Source: Anthoceros angustus (taxonomy: Eukaryota > Plantae > Anthocerotophyta). Taken from it: a stretch of DNA of 64,000 nucleotides. This document shows positions 62,811 to 64,000 of the stretch, piece by piece. The stretch covers positions 1,116,001 through 1,180,000 of the forward strand of contig VJWM01000011.1 of assembly GCA_010909165.1 (NCBI GenBank). Direction: 5' to 3'. Position 1 is the stretch's first letter. Every line of letters begins with the position of its first letter. Both the position numbers and the translations under genes were made by a program. The notes below the pieces were generated by a model, which saw only the letters and a program-made list of their open reading frames with translations, was not told the origin of the DNA and did not search any database.

Positions 62811-64000
62811 TCACGTTTCGGCCAACACATCTATATCCGGTTGCAACCCTACTGCTAATTGGACAAAGTTCTTAGGTCTACGTACTACAGACAGTTTCCA
62901 TGTTTGAACTGCCGGAACATCAATTTCTAATCTTGGGACACTTCTCGTTCTCTCTCTTCTAGGTCCCGTTTCCCAAAAGGGCCTTTTTCGTTTGAAAGAA
63001 TTGTCTGTATGTGTCGGATCGTGTTCTAGAATTGGTGTTCGATGCAGCTGGTGAAGGTCAAGATCAGCTCCCAAACCTTCGACCTGTCTTGCTAAGTGTC
63101 CCATCATAGCAGCAACATGGCTTTCTAACTGAGGCCACTTATGGACCATTCCCGTAATCTCTGCCCAGCTAGCATCCATGGACCGCACACCCTATTTTGG
63201 GCACCACACTTGGGGCCCGTCTTCAAAAACATTTACTGTAGGCTCCTCATAACATGGTGCCTGCATGACTTGACTTGCCAAATTGATACTATCAATTCCA
63301 TGTTCCTTCGACATAATCATGAATTTGTGCACAAGTATTTGTGTGGCCGTAATCTGGTTTAACATCAGCAAGACCTTGACTTGATGTTTGCACACAAATC
63401 CATTCAACTCTTGTTTGCAGTTGCAAGCAGCCCACTGCCTTCCTCCATGCAGAACCTCGTACTCCACTACCGACCTGTTAAGTGGCTTCTGACTTTTAAC
63501 ATAGGCTGAAGAATTATCCACTGTCGGGAGTGTGACATCAACATTTGAAATTTGAAGTGCCTTGGCAATAGCATGCTGCACAAGCCTCTCTAATTTGGTG
63601 TTGTAAACCATATTCAGCAACCTGCACTGTGATTGGAACCAAAAATGCCGATTGACTTCATCCAAGAACATGTAGCAACCACTCTAAACGTCTACATGTA
63701 AGTCGCTTCTTGGTTAGAAGACACCTAAATTTCAAATGCTGGTGGTAGGCTTCTATGCTGTTGTTGCAGTCTTGGCCAGCATGTGGGACTTCTTGAGCTG
63801 CTTTTATCCACATGGGCATGTTTTGCCCTCATTGCCGCTTAAAATATGTCACAAATCCAGGCTCCGTTATTGCATATGAGGAGTAGAATGCATCAAGCTC
63901 TTCCACAGCGTTCTCCATAGCACAACCCTGCTCATCCATATACATGATTTTACCAAGTGTGCCCATCATGTCCCCTCTCCTCACTCTATTTTTCACCTTC
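62811..64000 (-). mobile_element. MULE/Mutator-like transposase remnant with SWIM zinc finger
   Basis: NNSIEAYHQHLK...RRLEWLLHVL and YEVLHGGRQWAACNCKQELNGFVCKHQVKV (CxC-x7-CKH); frameshifted. Confidence 0.75.

Overview
Eukaryotic, gene-dense plant nuclear DNA with short introns. The DYW:KP deaminase domains ending in DRH and GRP point to a seed-free plant with U-to-C organellar RNA editing, most likely a hornwort; this is an inference. Housekeeping genes: an ATL-type RING-H2 ligase, peroxisomal MDAR4, PPR-CBS (At5g10690-like), ALG13, an At5g19025-like gene and ISU1. They sit among Copia, Gypsy, LINE and MULE remnants. The main feature is five intronless PLS-PPR-E1-E2-DYW:KP loci: two intact DRH-type genes (6312-8636, 26271-28874) and three GRP-type copies (32.7-55.8 kb). 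The GRP copies lie in a tandem array of roughly 8-10 kb units with frameshifts, homopolymer indels and microhomology junctions, and part of this is probably assembly error. All five loci carry the same 51-aa N-terminal module (LWQxxFxxPxxWWDNRxxKxSxRxPDFRxKxSxExLWxxxxxKPxWVDxQ). It matches the PDF motif of the organellar ssDNA-binding OSB/PTAC9 proteins and is not a standard part of PPR editing factors. This PDF-PPR-DYW:KP architecture is the best candidate for an undescribed system; I could not check the literature for prior reports.
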